NCBI RefSeq assembly: GCF_004010195.1
Contig: NC_057720.1
Location: forward strand, 19,893,269-19,957,268
Source: Chiloscyllium plagiosum
Lineage: Eukaryota
Direction: 5' to 3'
Length of the DNA: 64,000 nucleotides
The position numbers were made by a program, and so were the translations under genes. The first letter of the stretch is position 1. Every line of letters starts with the position of its first letter. Below, one piece after another: positions 28,201 through 43,200 of the stretch. Under the pieces are notes generated by a model. The model had not been told where the DNA came from. It did not search any database and worked only from the letters and a program-made list of their open reading frames with translations.

Positions 28201-31200
28201 CCCTCTTGAACTGTCCTACCTGTCTGCTCCACCTTCCCCTCCACTTATCACCGTCACCCCCCCCACCTGCAATTACCTATTGCCTTCACAGCTACTTCCC
28301 CGCTCCCCCATCCCATCCTCCTAGTTATTTCTCAGTGCCATTCCCCCCGCCACTTGCTCCACTCCCATATTTCTGATGAAGGGCTAATGTCTGAAACGTC
28401 AACTCTCCTGCTCCTCGGATGTTGCCTAACTTGCTGTGCTTTTCCAGCACCATACTTTTTGACTCTCAGGTTCCCCCTCAACTTCTCTGTGCCAAAGGAA
28501 ATAGCCCTAGTTTTTCCAGTCTCTCTTCGTAGCTAAAAGGTATTCCATTCCTGTCAACATCTCCTCTGCACCCCCTCCAGAACAATCACAACCGTCCCCA
28601 AGTGCAGAGACCTGATGTGCATACAGTACTTCAGTTGTTGTCTAACCAAATTCCTGCACAGCTACTCTTATAATCTACCCTTGACTGATAAAGGAGAGTG
28701 TCCCATATGTCTTCTTAACTACCCTATTAAATCCCTGAAAGTGGTTGGACAGGATATGTACAAACACCCCCAAGATCCTTCTGTTCCTGTGAGCTTCTTA
28801 ATGTTCTACTGTTCACTGTGTACTCCCTTGTCTTGATAATTCTTCCAAAATGCATCACCTCATATGTATCAGGGTTAAGTTACATTTGCGGCTGATCTGC
28901 CCAATCCATTTATATCCTCGTGTGGCCCAAGACCATCTTCCTCACTGTCAAGTATGCAACTAATCTGTGTCATTTGCAAACTTACTTATCACACCCCTCA
29001 AGACCCATCTAGCACTGATCCCTGTGGTATGCCATTGGACACTGGCCTCCAGTTATACTAAAAGCCTTCTATCACCACCACTTGTCTCCTCCCACTAAGT
29101 CAAATTTGGATCCAAATTGCCACGTTATCCTGGATCCAACATGTCTCTTCATCAGTCTCTCCTGTGGCATTTTGTCAAAAGCTTTGCTGAAATCCGTAAA
29201 AATGACATTACATGCTTGGTCACCTCTGAAAAATGTAACCAGATTTGGTAGACATGATCGCCTTCTCACAAAGCCATGCTGACTATCCCTGATCAAACCT
29301 TGCTTCTCTAAAATGGAAATTAATTCCCTCCTTCAGAATTTTCTCTAATAATTTCCCTACCACTGAATGAGTATGTTAGCATGGAGAGGAATGAGGCTGG
29401 GAGCCTCAGGGGTGGAGAGAGAAATAGGAGGGGGTGGGGCTTTAGTCCATTTATTTAAGGAAAATATACTGGCTTTTGAGGCAGTTAGAGAAGGTCCATT
29501 AGGTTGTTTCTCTGCATGGAGGGATTGTCTTAATGAGATGTTGAGTAGTTTGGACCTGTAATCATTGGCGTTTAGGAGAATGAGAGAAGACACAGAATAC
29601 ACAGCATTACAGCACAGGAACAGACCCTTTGGTCCACCATGTCAGCACCAACCATGATGCCATTCTAAACTAATACCATCTGCCTACACATCATCCATAT
29701 CCCTCTAGTTCCTGCTTGTTCATATCTGTCCAAGTGCCTCTTAAACATGGGTATTCTATCTACTTCTACCACCTCCCATGGCAGACTGTTCCAGGCACCT
29801 ACCACCTTCTGTGTGAAAACTTGTCTTGCACATCTCCTTTAAATTGCATCAAGTAGCAATGACAGTAACTGGTATGTTGGCTTCGTTACAAAGTGATTCA
29901 AGTACAGGTGTAACTGGAGAGTCTTGATGAGACTGTATCTAGGATATGGTGCACAGATTTGATCTCTCACCCTCAGATCTCTTATCCTTAAAATGCTAGG
30001 ACTGAATGAAACGTAAGATTATTAGGAGGCTTGACAAAGTAGATGCACTTGTGGGAGAGTCTGGAATCAGGGATCATAATCTCAGAGGAAGAGGGTTCCC
30101 ATTTAAGACAGAGGTGAGGAAGGATGTTCTCTCTTATAGATAGTCAGTGTGTGCAATTCTTTACTGCAGAGTCCTGTTGAGTCTGCTCAAGTCTATTCAA
30201 GGCTGAGATGGACATATTTTGAATCAGGAAGGGAATCAAGGTTTATGGGGATAAGACAGGAAAATGGACTTGAGGACTGTCATGTCAATTATGATTGCAT
30301 TGAATGGTGGAGCTTACTTGATGACCCCTATGTCTTACTTCAATACTGTTAGCAACTAGAGAAGTAACTCCTTTATCCATTAAATTTTGTAATATTCAAT
30401 TTCCAAGTCTTTCTAAAATTTTAAACAGATTAACAAAATCTAAGTTAAGGATTAGTACAATGTCTTCACTAGCAAATGGGTAATGAAAGTACGTGACCGT
30501 ACCGGACAATAGAGATTAGAGATAGACACAACAGGTGGTAGTTTAACCTGAGGGTCACTACGTCTCAGGTGAGGGGAGTGGTTGAAGAAGGAGAATCCTT
30601 AATGGTATCCTTAGTCAGTGCAGGAATTGGACTCATGCTGTTGGCATCACCCTGCATTGCAAACCAGCTGTCTAGCCAGTTGAGCTAACCAACTATCTGA
30701 TGAAAATACAAGTGTGTTTGAAAAATTATCTAAAACCAATGAACTGAAGATCATCCAGAATGTAATATTTGTAATAAAAGCTTCTGGTTACACACCTGGA
30801 CTAGCAGAGGGTGAATCCATAGAGCGTGATTCACTGCTTCCTCCTCCACTTTCAGAATCACTATACATACCACTCCCCTGAGTGACGGAGGACCAAGCTC
30901 TAAATGGCATATGATTCCGGACTGTTGAAAAAAAAAAGCATTGGTAATGGCACATAACTGATAATATCACCTGATTTAGTCACACCCATGACACAACAGA
31001 TCATTTCATAAACCAAAAGAAAAACCATATCCCAAGTAATACTAAAACTGAAAGAAATGCAGTAACAATGAACTATAGTGTTTGGTGGTACAAAAGGAGA
31101 TGGACAATTGATATTTCATTCTGTAAAACCTAATGGAATGCTGTCTGTTGATCAGACCTTGAGTGAAAAAGAGACAAAAATCTGACATGGATTCCATGTT

Positions 31201-34200
31201 GAGCACCTAATTATTTCTAGTGACTAATGAAAATATTTTGTGTAGTAATACGAGATTAATTAATATCTTCAATACAGTAGAAGAGATCTGAGCGCAAAAA
31301 ATGATAAGGGGATAATTTAGACAGGAAATTTACAACAGGATTAGTTATACAGGTCTGGTTTTAACAGTTTATTTTTACATCTCGAATTATAATTACATAG
31401 GTTAAATCTGATATTCTGGTAGAAATGCACTGGTATATCTATATTTAAGATACTGCACCAAGGAAGTTTACATTAACGGGATAGATTTTAAATCATCCAG
31501 TGACCAATCAATGGCAACATACTCCAACAAAATATATTTGATAATCTGCACTTTACATCCAAAATGGATGTCCACATACAACTCACTGGCTCCAACTAAG
31601 TGACCAACATGACTTTGATAATCACAGGAAATGTAGGTTAGGGTAGGGGATTGGAGTTTTGAGTCAGAGGACCCCAAGATATTCCTGTGAAGCTCAAAGA
31701 AGCTCTTCTTGTGCTCCTCTTCATAATTTTAACATTCACAGCTTCAGGTCTCTTCAGCTGGAATACTCATTAAGCAAGCAAAGTGCCCATGGTGGACACT
31801 TCGTCTGGTAGACAATGGGCTCTTAATGGCAGCAAATAGCTGACAGCATTACTCAACTTCTAGGGATCCTGACCATTTAACCTAAACTTAGTTCTGCATT
31901 TCTGACTCCATTATGTTCATTACTTTGCAACTGTAGCTCATATTTGTTGGGATAGGATGGGAAAAAGAGAAAGAGAAAGTAATGGAGCGATGTATGATTT
32001 TGGACAAAGCTTTAAACTCCAAAGAAGTGACGAAGGTGAGGTCTAAAGCTGCAATTCTGGATTGGACAATGTTTGATGCAGCTGCCATCTTGGTTAGGGA
32101 ACTGAAGCCAATACTAGTAACAGCTAAATGATTAGGAGGGTGCTAATTGACAATTAAGCACTCATTACTGATTGTATGCAATTTTAGCGAACAGTTTATT
32201 TCCTAACCTCTCCTAATCAACAATCCTTTAAAATTGTGCAGCAATCTGAAATTCCCATGGAGACCATGTTTGTTTGAATCCTCTAAGTTATCTAGCATTA
32301 AAGTGTTTTCTATACCGAAACAAATTGGGTGAAACTGCAAAATAAATGGATATTGCACCTAATGACCACAAGCTGAACAGGAGTTAATCAAATGCTACTG
32401 ATCGTATCAGCTTTTACTGTTCATTTCCCAGAGAAATATGATTGCTTAAAGTTAAAATTGGACTTCAACAATACATCAGGTGAGTTCCTGGGGAACTTTT
32501 CCAAAACTTCAACTAGTTACATTTATTCTGGAAATTCTGATAAAATACCTAGCTATGCATTTTACAGAAAGACCAGGATAAAGGATGTGCTTAAAGGATG
32601 TGGTTTGATCACCAACACCTTGCTAGGGGTCCTTCTTCGTCTCGAGAGCAATGGAAGGGAAGCAGAAAGAACAGCACTGGCTCCCACTGGTGGGAGGGAC
32701 AGGAGGATGAAGTGATCTGTTTTTTCCATTCAGAGGATGTGTGGAGAAGTCAGGGGAACCTAATTATCCAAGAGGACAGTGGCAAGCCAATTTCATCCCC
32801 GGGACACCCATATCAACTAATCCCACTGCCCTGTGGCTGAACACTTCAACACCTCCACCTATCTGCTCCACCCTCCCTTGACCTATCACCTTTACCCCCA
32901 CCTCCATCCACCTATTGCACTCTCAGCTACCTTCTCCCCCGGCACCACCCCTTCCCTTTCTCTCTCCACCCCCGAGCTCCCAGCCTCATTCCTGATGAAG
33001 GGCTTATGCCCGAAACGTCGATTTTCCTTTTCTTCGGATGCTGCCTGACCTGCTGTGCTTTTCCAGCACCACATCCTTGACTCTAATCGCCAGCATCTGC
33101 AGTCCTCACTTTCGCCTAACTGATTTCAAAAAAGCATACCCTATTAACAAAGTACCTCTTCATCCAAATATTCTCCTGAATATTTAAAATGAACCCAATG
33201 AAAATATGTCATTACTGAAAAAAAAGAGTTATTTTGTGTAAATGTCCAAGGCATTTCACCAAGCATGTTGAACACATTGTGTCTAATGCATCATCAGACA
33301 CATAACCGAATCTCTAAGACCTAATGTTAAAGTAATTAGACATTAAGCATTGAACATATTACATGTGAAAAAAAAGAGTTCCAACACCTTGTATATCAGA
33401 AGTGTTATTTGATGGCTTTTCTCCGGAATTAGTTGATCTAATATGATGAAGATTTTCAACATCAGGTGACTGAACAGTAAGATCACCTGAGGTTCCTGAA
33501 GTCTGTGACAAATTTCCTTGTGATGAATGAGGGCTATTTGTTGTTCTTTTAAGAAATGGAAGCCTAGAGAGGAAAGAAAACATTGGTGTAAGGAAATTAA
33601 TTTCAACAAAACTGAAAAATATGTATCTGTAAAGGGTTAGCAGTAGAGAAGGGGAGTGAGGGAAGAATAGCATTGGAAGGTAACCTCACTTCATTCTGAA
33701 TAAACACGATACATATCTGACGAGCAAAACTTAAAAAAAAAAGTGGGTAGGACCCAGATCTGGATGTCTTTCTATCACCATTTCTAAGCAATTTAATTTT
33801 TTTGCTGTTGTCTCTGTTTTGGTAAGGGATTACTTACTTTAGGGGCCTTTAAACTGCGATTGGACTTTCATGAACAGAGATTGTTTCGTACAGACAGATT
33901 TCTTCTAAACATTTAGATCTTAAACTGGTTCCCGAGATCTACTAATGGTGCATACTGGCTAAACAGGCATGGAGAATGTTAGGGTAGAAAGCAAGATGCT
34001 GGAGGGGGGGGAAAAGAGAAAAATGAGTTGGCGTGTGATGTATGAGAGGCCACTAGGATGAGTGCAACACAAAAAGGTGGAATGGATGAGGCAATAATGT
34101 ATGAGAAGGTCTTGGCACCTCATATAAACAAAAAGAACTGAGAACCACTGTTAGAAAAGAGATGGGCTATCCAGTATTCAGTAGCCCTTCAGGCCATATC

Positions 34201-37200
34201 TGCTCTGCATTCAGTGGGCAGACCTAACTACATCCTGCAACTCTACCTCAAATTCCCCAGAGTGTAAATCATGCCTTTCCCAACGCAGGTGAATCAAACG
34301 GAGAAGTTTTCTCAATTCAAGCAGTCTGCATTATAAATGAAAATTTAGTCCAAAAACAGTTGAAAGTCACAAGCAAAAACATCCACATTACAATCTCTGG
34401 CACAACAGGTTGACTTTATGAATTTTCTGAGGATCATAGTCATACTCTTGCAGATAAATTCTTCGTCCAAATTATTTAAAACCAGCTGTCAATGCACTTC
34501 AATATATGTATTTTTCAATGGGATATTGACAGTATATTTGGTACCCAACCCTAATTGACCTTGAACTGAGTAGCTTACCGCACGATTTCAGGGAGCAGTT
34601 GAGAGTCATTACTTACCCACCATTTGATGAAACTGAATATTGAAATAAGTCTGGCTCCATCGAACCTTCTTCCTTTGGCAAACTTTTGACAAATTCTGAA
34701 TACTGTTGTCCTGGTTCATAAAGCTTGGTATTTTCACAAAGCGATTGATAGTTAACAGGAAGGGAGACTACTTGGGCATGCTGCATCTGAAACAAGTTGA
34801 CTGTCACCTGAAAGAGTCAGTTATTCTTATTGAAATATTTCCTGTAAAAGGTAGTAGTACTGCAACTTAAGTGACAATGTTTTTAAGAAGTTAGAAAATT
34901 TTGTGAACTTCACAAACATATTCTTTCTATAATTACAAATTATAACTTCGCAACCATCATTTACAGAACAGAAGCTTACCGATTTTAATGTAAGATCACA
35001 TTGGTAGACTAATTCACGTAATTGTGTAAGTATATCACTTTTGATGTTTTCCATATTGCTTCGTTTTTCATTGGCATCTAATATAGAAGCTTTGAAATGT
35101 TCTTCAGCTTCTTCAGCCTGCAAAACAGTTTTAAAATGATCAATTGTGCATGGATTCAATTTTTATTGTCTCAAATGTTCAAAGTAACTGAGTCTTTAAG
35201 GCAGGCGTTCCCAGACAAGATTTTGGCGTCACAAGCTTCAAAGCAGAAGTGACTGTCAACAAGCTTAGGCTGCTCTGACAGCTGTGTGGCCTCTGAAAAA
35301 CATTTCTGTTTTTCATGAGCAATGTACCTGACCAACTCCACACAGATCTGATACCTGTTGCATGACAGCACTGTGTGAAAAGGCAAGTGTTCATTCTGCA
35401 CACCCTTTTATCAACTGCTCTGAAGGTGGTGGGAGATGGCAATATGGAAGATGAAGGGAAGGCAAGATGGGCATGAACATGGGGTTACACTAGATACAAG
35501 TTTAGGAAGCATAGACTGAAGGGTAAAATAACTGTATAGATAACTTTAACAGTTGAGTACTATAAAATTTTAAATTGGGATTACTTGAATGAAATCTTCA
35601 CTCTGCACCTCAGAAAGTTAGTATTTTTAATTATCAAATTGCTGGCAACATAATGATGTTACTATGAAACTGAATCAATTAAATATACAATTCAAAATCT
35701 TAAATTGTGTTAAAACAGTTAACATTCCTAAAGACGACAGACAAAACAAAACTGTGGCAAATTACAATATGGTTTAAACAATTACTTTTTGTAAGGCATC
35801 TTCTTCCAGTTTTCTTTTTTTTTCAAGATGTCTGTTGTACGTTCCAGTTATCCCACCACTGAAACTCAAATGTTCCTCTTCTGCTCGCACTGTAGAAGAC
35901 CTGGCTTTCTCATACTCTTCTTGGCGTTGAAGGTACAATAGGTTTGCTTTCCTATGGGATGTTTCTGCTTCATGCTGACAAGTACAGAAAAGTATTTTAA
36001 TATTTAGAATATTAATACGCAGTTCTTTTAAAAACAACGAATGAAGAGCAAGTCAGAAAACTGATTAAATGTTAAAATTGCGTTATAGAAAGACTTATGC
36101 TTATCTTAAAACATTATAGAACATTGTACCATTTTTCTTTGTTCTCGCTGCCATTGCTCTTTAATTTCTTTACGTTGCTTATCCAGTTCATTCCTTCGCA
36201 ACAGAAGTGGCTGCAAAAACACAGAGGAACAAAGATGTTGTTTTGTAACAACATTTGACAACTTTGAGTTTTAAACATACTATAAAAATTATGAGTTCAG
36301 TTTATCATATTTCAAGAGTTGAACTGCAATTTTCAAATGTTGTTAAACACCCAATATAGTCCCACATTCAAGATTATGGAGATATGAGCCAACTTTACAC
36401 ACCCAAAAAACACAAGCTGAAAATAAATTACCTTGATGAGATGCTAAACAGAAGGAATGAAGAAGAAAAATAAACTGTTCGTTTCTCATATTATTACTGT
36501 ACACCTTTTAGTAGATCACTTGCCTATCCACTCAAGGATCATCATATGGAGATCAAAAGTGGTAGGGAATGAGAGAATGAGACAAAGAAATTAAAATCAT
36601 ATATCTCCAAAATTAAGAAGAAACTGGAATGGTTTGATAAGTCTCTGAAAAAACAATACAGGTCGTTCTGCTATAATGTGACAGTTGTTCCTCTGCAACC
36701 TCGCTCTGATAGAAAATTGCATTATGAAAAACCACTATAGAAAATCATGCTGTAGAAGACCGCTATACCCGTTCAGCAGAAAGTTTGTGTTATCCAAACA
36801 ATGCCCACAATTTGTCAATCGCATTATAGCCAATTTGCATTAACGAAACACACATTGTACCAGAACAACCTGTAAACTAATTAGGAAATAAACTCGAAAC
36901 AAAAGTTGAGCCAGTATTTAGTGAACACAAACTTCCTTTGTATTAGTATTTCAATGGGAAACTGGTGTCATGAAATACCAGTAAATTTGAACTTGTAATA
37001 ATGAAACAATAATCATTATAGAGTCATAGAGACAGACCCTTCGGTCCAACCCGTCCATGCCGAGCAGATGTCCCAACCCAATCCAGTCCCACCTGCCAGC
37101 ACCCGGCCCATATCCCTCCAAACCCTTCCTGTTCATTTACCCATCCAAATGCTTCTTAAATGTTGCAATTGCAATCAAAACTTCCCTCAGCAAAATGAAA

Positions 37201-40200
37201 TTAAACCATGCAAAGGTCTCACCTGAATAAATTTATTTGATTGGAGGCCTGCTCCAGTTTGAAGAAGAGCTTGACAATACTCAACATCATAGTCAAAAGC
37301 AGACATATACACTGATTGAAATGGCATGTGCTCCTGTTCAAAAATAAAATAAAAATATGATCCGAGCTAATGGTACTACTGGACAAGTCAAATACCAAAT
37401 TAGACCTGTATTATGTTTAATTTGTTTGGTTAATTAACATCAGAGTTAGTCGCTAAGACATAATAACATGGCTGCAGATGTTCTTTAACAGTAGAACATA
37501 GCTTGGTATGGTTGTTTCTTGTCCAATATTGGAGTTAGAAAAATGCTAACACAAACATTAAAATTAAGTTTCAAATTGATATCCAACACCAAATTACAGA
37601 GATTCAATTTGGAAGATATGATACTCCGAACTCAAAGAGTTGAGTTTATGCTTAACTCCTCCCAGTTTCTCTTTCGTGAACTGTAGAGACAACATCACAA
37701 TTCGTGCAAGTTTGATTGCATGAACACTTCATAACTTTGATGACCTAAATTTTTCAAATTCTAACACTGTTAAGATTTCTAACCCAAACCCTACTTGTTT
37801 GGAAACTTCTCAAGTCAATAAAGTGTAATGCTGGAGAAAGCACAGCAGGTCGGGCAGAGTGTGTTGACGTTTTAGGCTTAAACCTTCATTAAAACTGGGA
37901 AGGGGGAAGGGGGCTAAGATATAAATGGGAGTGAGATAGCTGGGATGGCGACAGGTGGGTGAAAGTAGGAGGAAATGATTGTGTTAGATCAGTGGGATGT
38001 GTGGAATGGATTGGTGGGAATCCCCCTAGTCATCACATTCCAGCCCACTAATCTCCAAATTCAGCACATCATCCTCTGCCATTTTGCCACCAACAGTCAG
38101 ACCCCCACCACCAAAAATACATTTCCCTCCCTACCCCTATCTGCATTCCATAGGGACTGTTCCCTCCGTGACTCACTTGTTAGGTCCACATTCCCCACCA
38201 ACACCCTCTCCACGCTTGGCATTTCCCCTGCTGCCGTAAGAGGTGCAAAGCCTGCACCGATACCTTCTCCCTCACTTCCATCCAAGCTCCCAAGGATCAT
38301 TCCAAATCTGGCAATGATTTACTTGCATATCCTCAAACCTCATTTACTCGTGGAACGGTTCAGAGAACATATCTAGTCTATATGCACCAAACAACCTCAC
38401 CTTCCTGTAGCCATTCATTTCAACTCCCCCTCCCATTCCCCCCATGACGTGTCCATGCTGGGCCTCCTCCACCGCCTAAACAAGGCCACCCACAAACTGG
38501 AGGAGGAACACCTCATCTTCCACGTTGGGGGCCTTCAATCACACGGCCTCAACATTGAATTCAATTTCCAAACCTCCCCTCCCCATCCCAGATCCAACCA
38601 TCTGACTTGGCTCCATCCTCTTGATCTGACCTGTCTGTCCACCTTCCTTCCCACCTATCCTCTCCACGCTTCCCACCGACCTATCACAATCATTTCCTAT
38701 CTTCGCCCACCTATTGCAATCCCAACTATCTTTCCCCTAGCCCTACCCTCCCATTTAATTCTTGGCCTCCTTCCTCTCCCCAGTCCTGATGAGAGGTTAA
38801 GCCAAAATGTCGATTCTCTCGCTCCTCAGATGTTGCCTGACCTGCTGTGCTTTTTCCAGCACCACACTTTATTGACTCTGACTTCTCCAGCATCTGCAGT
38901 CCTCACTATCTCCTGGAAACTCCACAAATTAGGGAAACCATTGCTGCTGCAATGACTGGGTGTCCCTGAATTGAACAAACTCTTGTTGTGCATGAAAGTA
39001 AAATTTGCTTCAGAACAAAATTCTTGATGCTTCCCAACTGAATTTTGAATTCTCTGCTTTGAAGTCAAAACAAAAATAATGGCTTAATTTATTTTTACAT
39101 TATTTGTCATAAACCCAAAAGTATAATCATCTTATTCTATTGATACTGCAGGGGTTCTTCCAAGCTCTTGTTTGCAGTCAGATTTCCTCTGGGAACTGGT
39201 ACATTTAGTTCTTGAATGACTTTGACCTTTTTTCAAAATATATGTAAGAACTTCACAGCATTAACCCATGTCCATCTGTCTCACTTTTTAAAGCAATCCA
39301 AAGGCCAAAACATTATGATACATTTTACAGATCCTCTGGTCCAGTGTACCTTCCTCAGAGACTACAGGCCATGTTAGTTTAATATGGGAAATTGTTGGAA
39401 TTCATTATTTAGGAAGTAATAGCAGAATATTTGGAAAGTCAAAACAAACTCCATCAGAGTCAGCATGGTTTTGTGAAGGTAAATCTTGTGACGGTAAATC
39501 ATGTTTAACAATGTGCTAAAATTCTTTGAAGATGTTGTAAATGACAGGGATAAATGAGATCCTGACCATATAGCATACCTGGACTTCCAGAAGATATTTA
39601 ATTAGGTGCTGCACGGAAAGTTTATACACAAGGTTCGGGGTAATTCATTAACTTGGACAGAGGACTGGTTAACCAATAGAAAGAAGAGTTGGGATAAATG
39701 GGTCTTTTTCTGGTTGGCAAGATATAACTAGTGGGGTGCCACAGGGTTCAGTTCTCAGGCCTCAACTGTTTACAATCTATGCTAATGACTGGGAGGTGGG
39801 GAAGAAAGGACTGAACGGTTATGAAAGCAGACAGAAAGTGGATGTGAAGCCGAGACAAGATTAACCATAATCGTATCAAGTGGCAGAGCAGCCTCAAGGG
39901 GTTGAACTGCCCACTCCTGCTACTAGTTCTGACGCTCTTGGATCAAATTTTGGTCAGAAGACCTTTAGCTCACCTATCCTACCCAGCCAATTATCCTTTC
40001 TCCCCTACTGGGGCAGCCTTATCAATTATAAGCTGTATTAATCAGTATTCTGAGTAAATTTAAGAACTGATTCACATCCCTTTTGACACCTCTTAAAACT
40101 TTTGTGCCTGATTTACTACTGTAGGAATTTTGTGCATATATTCAATGCTCATTCACTCCTAAACATGCTTGACTTATATGAATTGCTCACTTACTAAATC

Positions 40201-43200
40201 CTCAATTTGTAATCTTTTTCTTGAATTTGTTCATGGGATGTGCATGTTGATTGGATAGGCCAGCATTTATTGCCCATTCCCAATTGTCTAGATAGTAGTT
40301 AAGGGTTAACCATACTAGAGTCTGGTGGCACGCGAAAGCCCGGTCAGGTAAGGATGGCAGATGTTAACTTCACTAAAGGACTTCAGTGAACCAGATGATT
40401 TTAATGATAATCCAACAGTAGTTACATCAGCTCCAAAGGGCCAGCTCTTTCTTAAAAAAAACCAAATCTCACCATATACCATCGTGGCTTTCTAACCCAC
40501 ATCCCTGGAACATTAGCCCTGGATTCTGCGTTACTAATCCGATGATATTACCACTATGTTACCTATCTACATATGTCACAAAATTACTTCAGAAGAAACA
40601 GAATGTTGATAACTGAAGAGCATATTTTGCAACAGCTCTTGCATTCCCCAATATTAGGCAGTGTCATATTTACCTGTTGTCCAATAAAGGTCTTAGCTGA
40701 CTCTGCCAATTTTGAAAAGCTTCTTGCATATTCCATATCTGGATGTTTAACAAAAATAAAAAAAGATTAGAAATAAAATTCATTCACAAGATGATGGCAT
40801 CGCTGGCTAAGCCAGCATTTATTGATCATCCATCATTGCCGATAAGGCAAGTAAGAGACAAACAGATACTGTTATGGGTCTATAGTCACATGTAGGCAGA
40901 TGGGTAAAGGTGGTAGATTTCCTTCCTTAAAAGGACATTGGTGAACCAAATGGGCTTTTCTGACAATCAACAATGATTTCATATATATTGTTAGACTCTT
41001 AAATCCACATTTTTTTAACTGAATTCAAATTTCACTGTCTGCCATGGTGGGTTTCAAAAATAGGTCTCCAAAACATTAGCTGGGTATCTATATTCATATG
41101 TAGTGATAATACCATTTGGTCAACACTCCCCACGGGCAAGGATAATCAAAGCAAAAGTGGGACTGATAGTAGGAACCAAAAATATAATCCTCTTGAGGCG
41201 GCAGGCAGCATGCCTGAGATACTAAATAAGTATTTTGTAAGAAAAGGATGCTACCAATTTCACAATAAAGTCATGAAGTTATATAAGCCCAGATGAAATG
41301 TAGCAGAGAGGAACGTGAGTTACAAATTGCAAAGTTTCTAGTCAAAAATATTCAACTCCAATTAGGCACTGCTGGGAACTGAAAGATTGCAAATATGACA
41401 AAGACAGGCTTTGAATAAAAAAAAGGGAGAAGAATTATATAGGTTATGGCACAGGTTAAAAATAGAGCATAAAAATAGATTATTTAGTCCAAACAATCCA
41501 GTGTGTGTTTATGCTCGACTAAAATTTCTTCATATATTTCCATAGCTAACTATCAGCATAACCCTCAGCCCCACTCATATTCATACAGTCATACAGCACA
41601 GAAACAAACCCTTCGGTCCAACCACTCCACGCCAACCACTCAGCCCTACTTATATTCATAGTCATACAGAACAGAAACAAACCCTTCGGTCCAACCACAC
41701 CATGCCAACCATAATCTCAAACTGTACTAGTTCCATCTGCCCTTGGACTTGGCTCATATCCCTCCCTTCTTATTCATATACTTACCTAATTTATTTTAAA
41801 TGTTGTAACTGTATCTGCATCGACCACTTCCTCTGGAAGTTCATTCCACACATAAACCACTCTACTCTAAAAATATTGCCCATGTCTTTTTTTAATCTTT
41901 CTCCTCTCACCTTAAAACTATGTCCCTTAGTCTTGAATTTGCCCACTCGAGTGAAAAGCCACCTGCCATTTACCTTATTTATATCCCTCTATAAACCTCT
42001 ATAATGTCACCCCTCAACCTTCTACACTCTAATGAAACATGTTCCAACCTATCCAGCCTCTCCCCATAACTCAAACCCTCCATTCCTGTCAACGTCCTGG
42101 TAAATCTCTTTTGAACCCTCTCTAGCTTAATAATATCAATCCTACTACAGGGAGACCAGAACTAGGCACAGTACTCCAGAAGAGGCCTCACCAATGTCCT
42201 GTACAACCTCAACATAATGTCCCAAAGATTTGAGCAATGAAGGCAGGTGTGCTAGACACCTTCTTAACCGTGTCTACAGAAGATGCAAACTTCAAAGAAT
42301 TATGTACCTGAACCCGTATGTCTCCCTGATCTACAGCACTCCTTTTATATGCATAAGTCTTGCCTTTGTTTATTTTACCAAAATGCAATTCCTATCCAGT
42401 CTTGCCCATAAATACATCTGTACAATTCACTTCAATTACTTCCGTAGTAGCTAGATTCCCATTCTCTACACTAAATTCCTTCTAACTTCCCTATTTGACT
42501 TCTTCATCTATCTCAACTTTATAGTAGACATGATTTGGAGATGCCGGTGTTGGACTGGGGTGTACAAAGTTAAAATCACACGACACCAGGTTATAGTCCA
42601 ACAGGTTTAATTAATTGGAAGCACTAGCTTTCTGAGTGCTGCTTCTTCAAGATGTGGTTGTGGAGTACACAATTGTAAGACACAGAATTTATAGCGAAAG
42701 TTTACAGTGTGATGTAACTAAAATCATACATTGAAAAATACCTTGTTTGTTAAGTCTCTCATCTGTTGGAATGACCATGATAGCTTCACTTCTTTCATAT
42801 GTAAATCACAAAACCTTTTTAAAAAGTTACATTCTCAGGTTAACTGTAACAATTGGTGTCAGCCCAGATAATGTGTTGAAGATGTTCACCCCGTGTGTGC
42901 GGTTGTCTGTGCCATAATGATTAGACTGCTTCTCATTTAAAAAATTAGTTAAGAGTCTTACATAGATTCATGCAGTTTTTGAGCAAAGTACAATGTAACT
43001 CTGCAAGTACAAATTCACCCCACAAAGATATATACGTGTGTGTGTGTGTTTTTAAGTGGTCTAAGTCTGTGAGAGGATGCATGTATGAGTGTGGGAGTGT
43101 GCTTCTGTGTGCGTGTCTGTGTCTCGGAGTGCCTGTGTGTATGTCTGGGGTGGGGGCTTGTGAATGTCTGAGAGAGAGAGTGTATATGTGTATGTGTCTA

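Larger units (their letters stand above)
27400..29360 (-). mobile_element. Decayed CR1 (RT to 3' end) interrupted by a PLE
   Basis: [20 protein letters not shown] in ORF 29072..29296. Confidence 0.8.
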
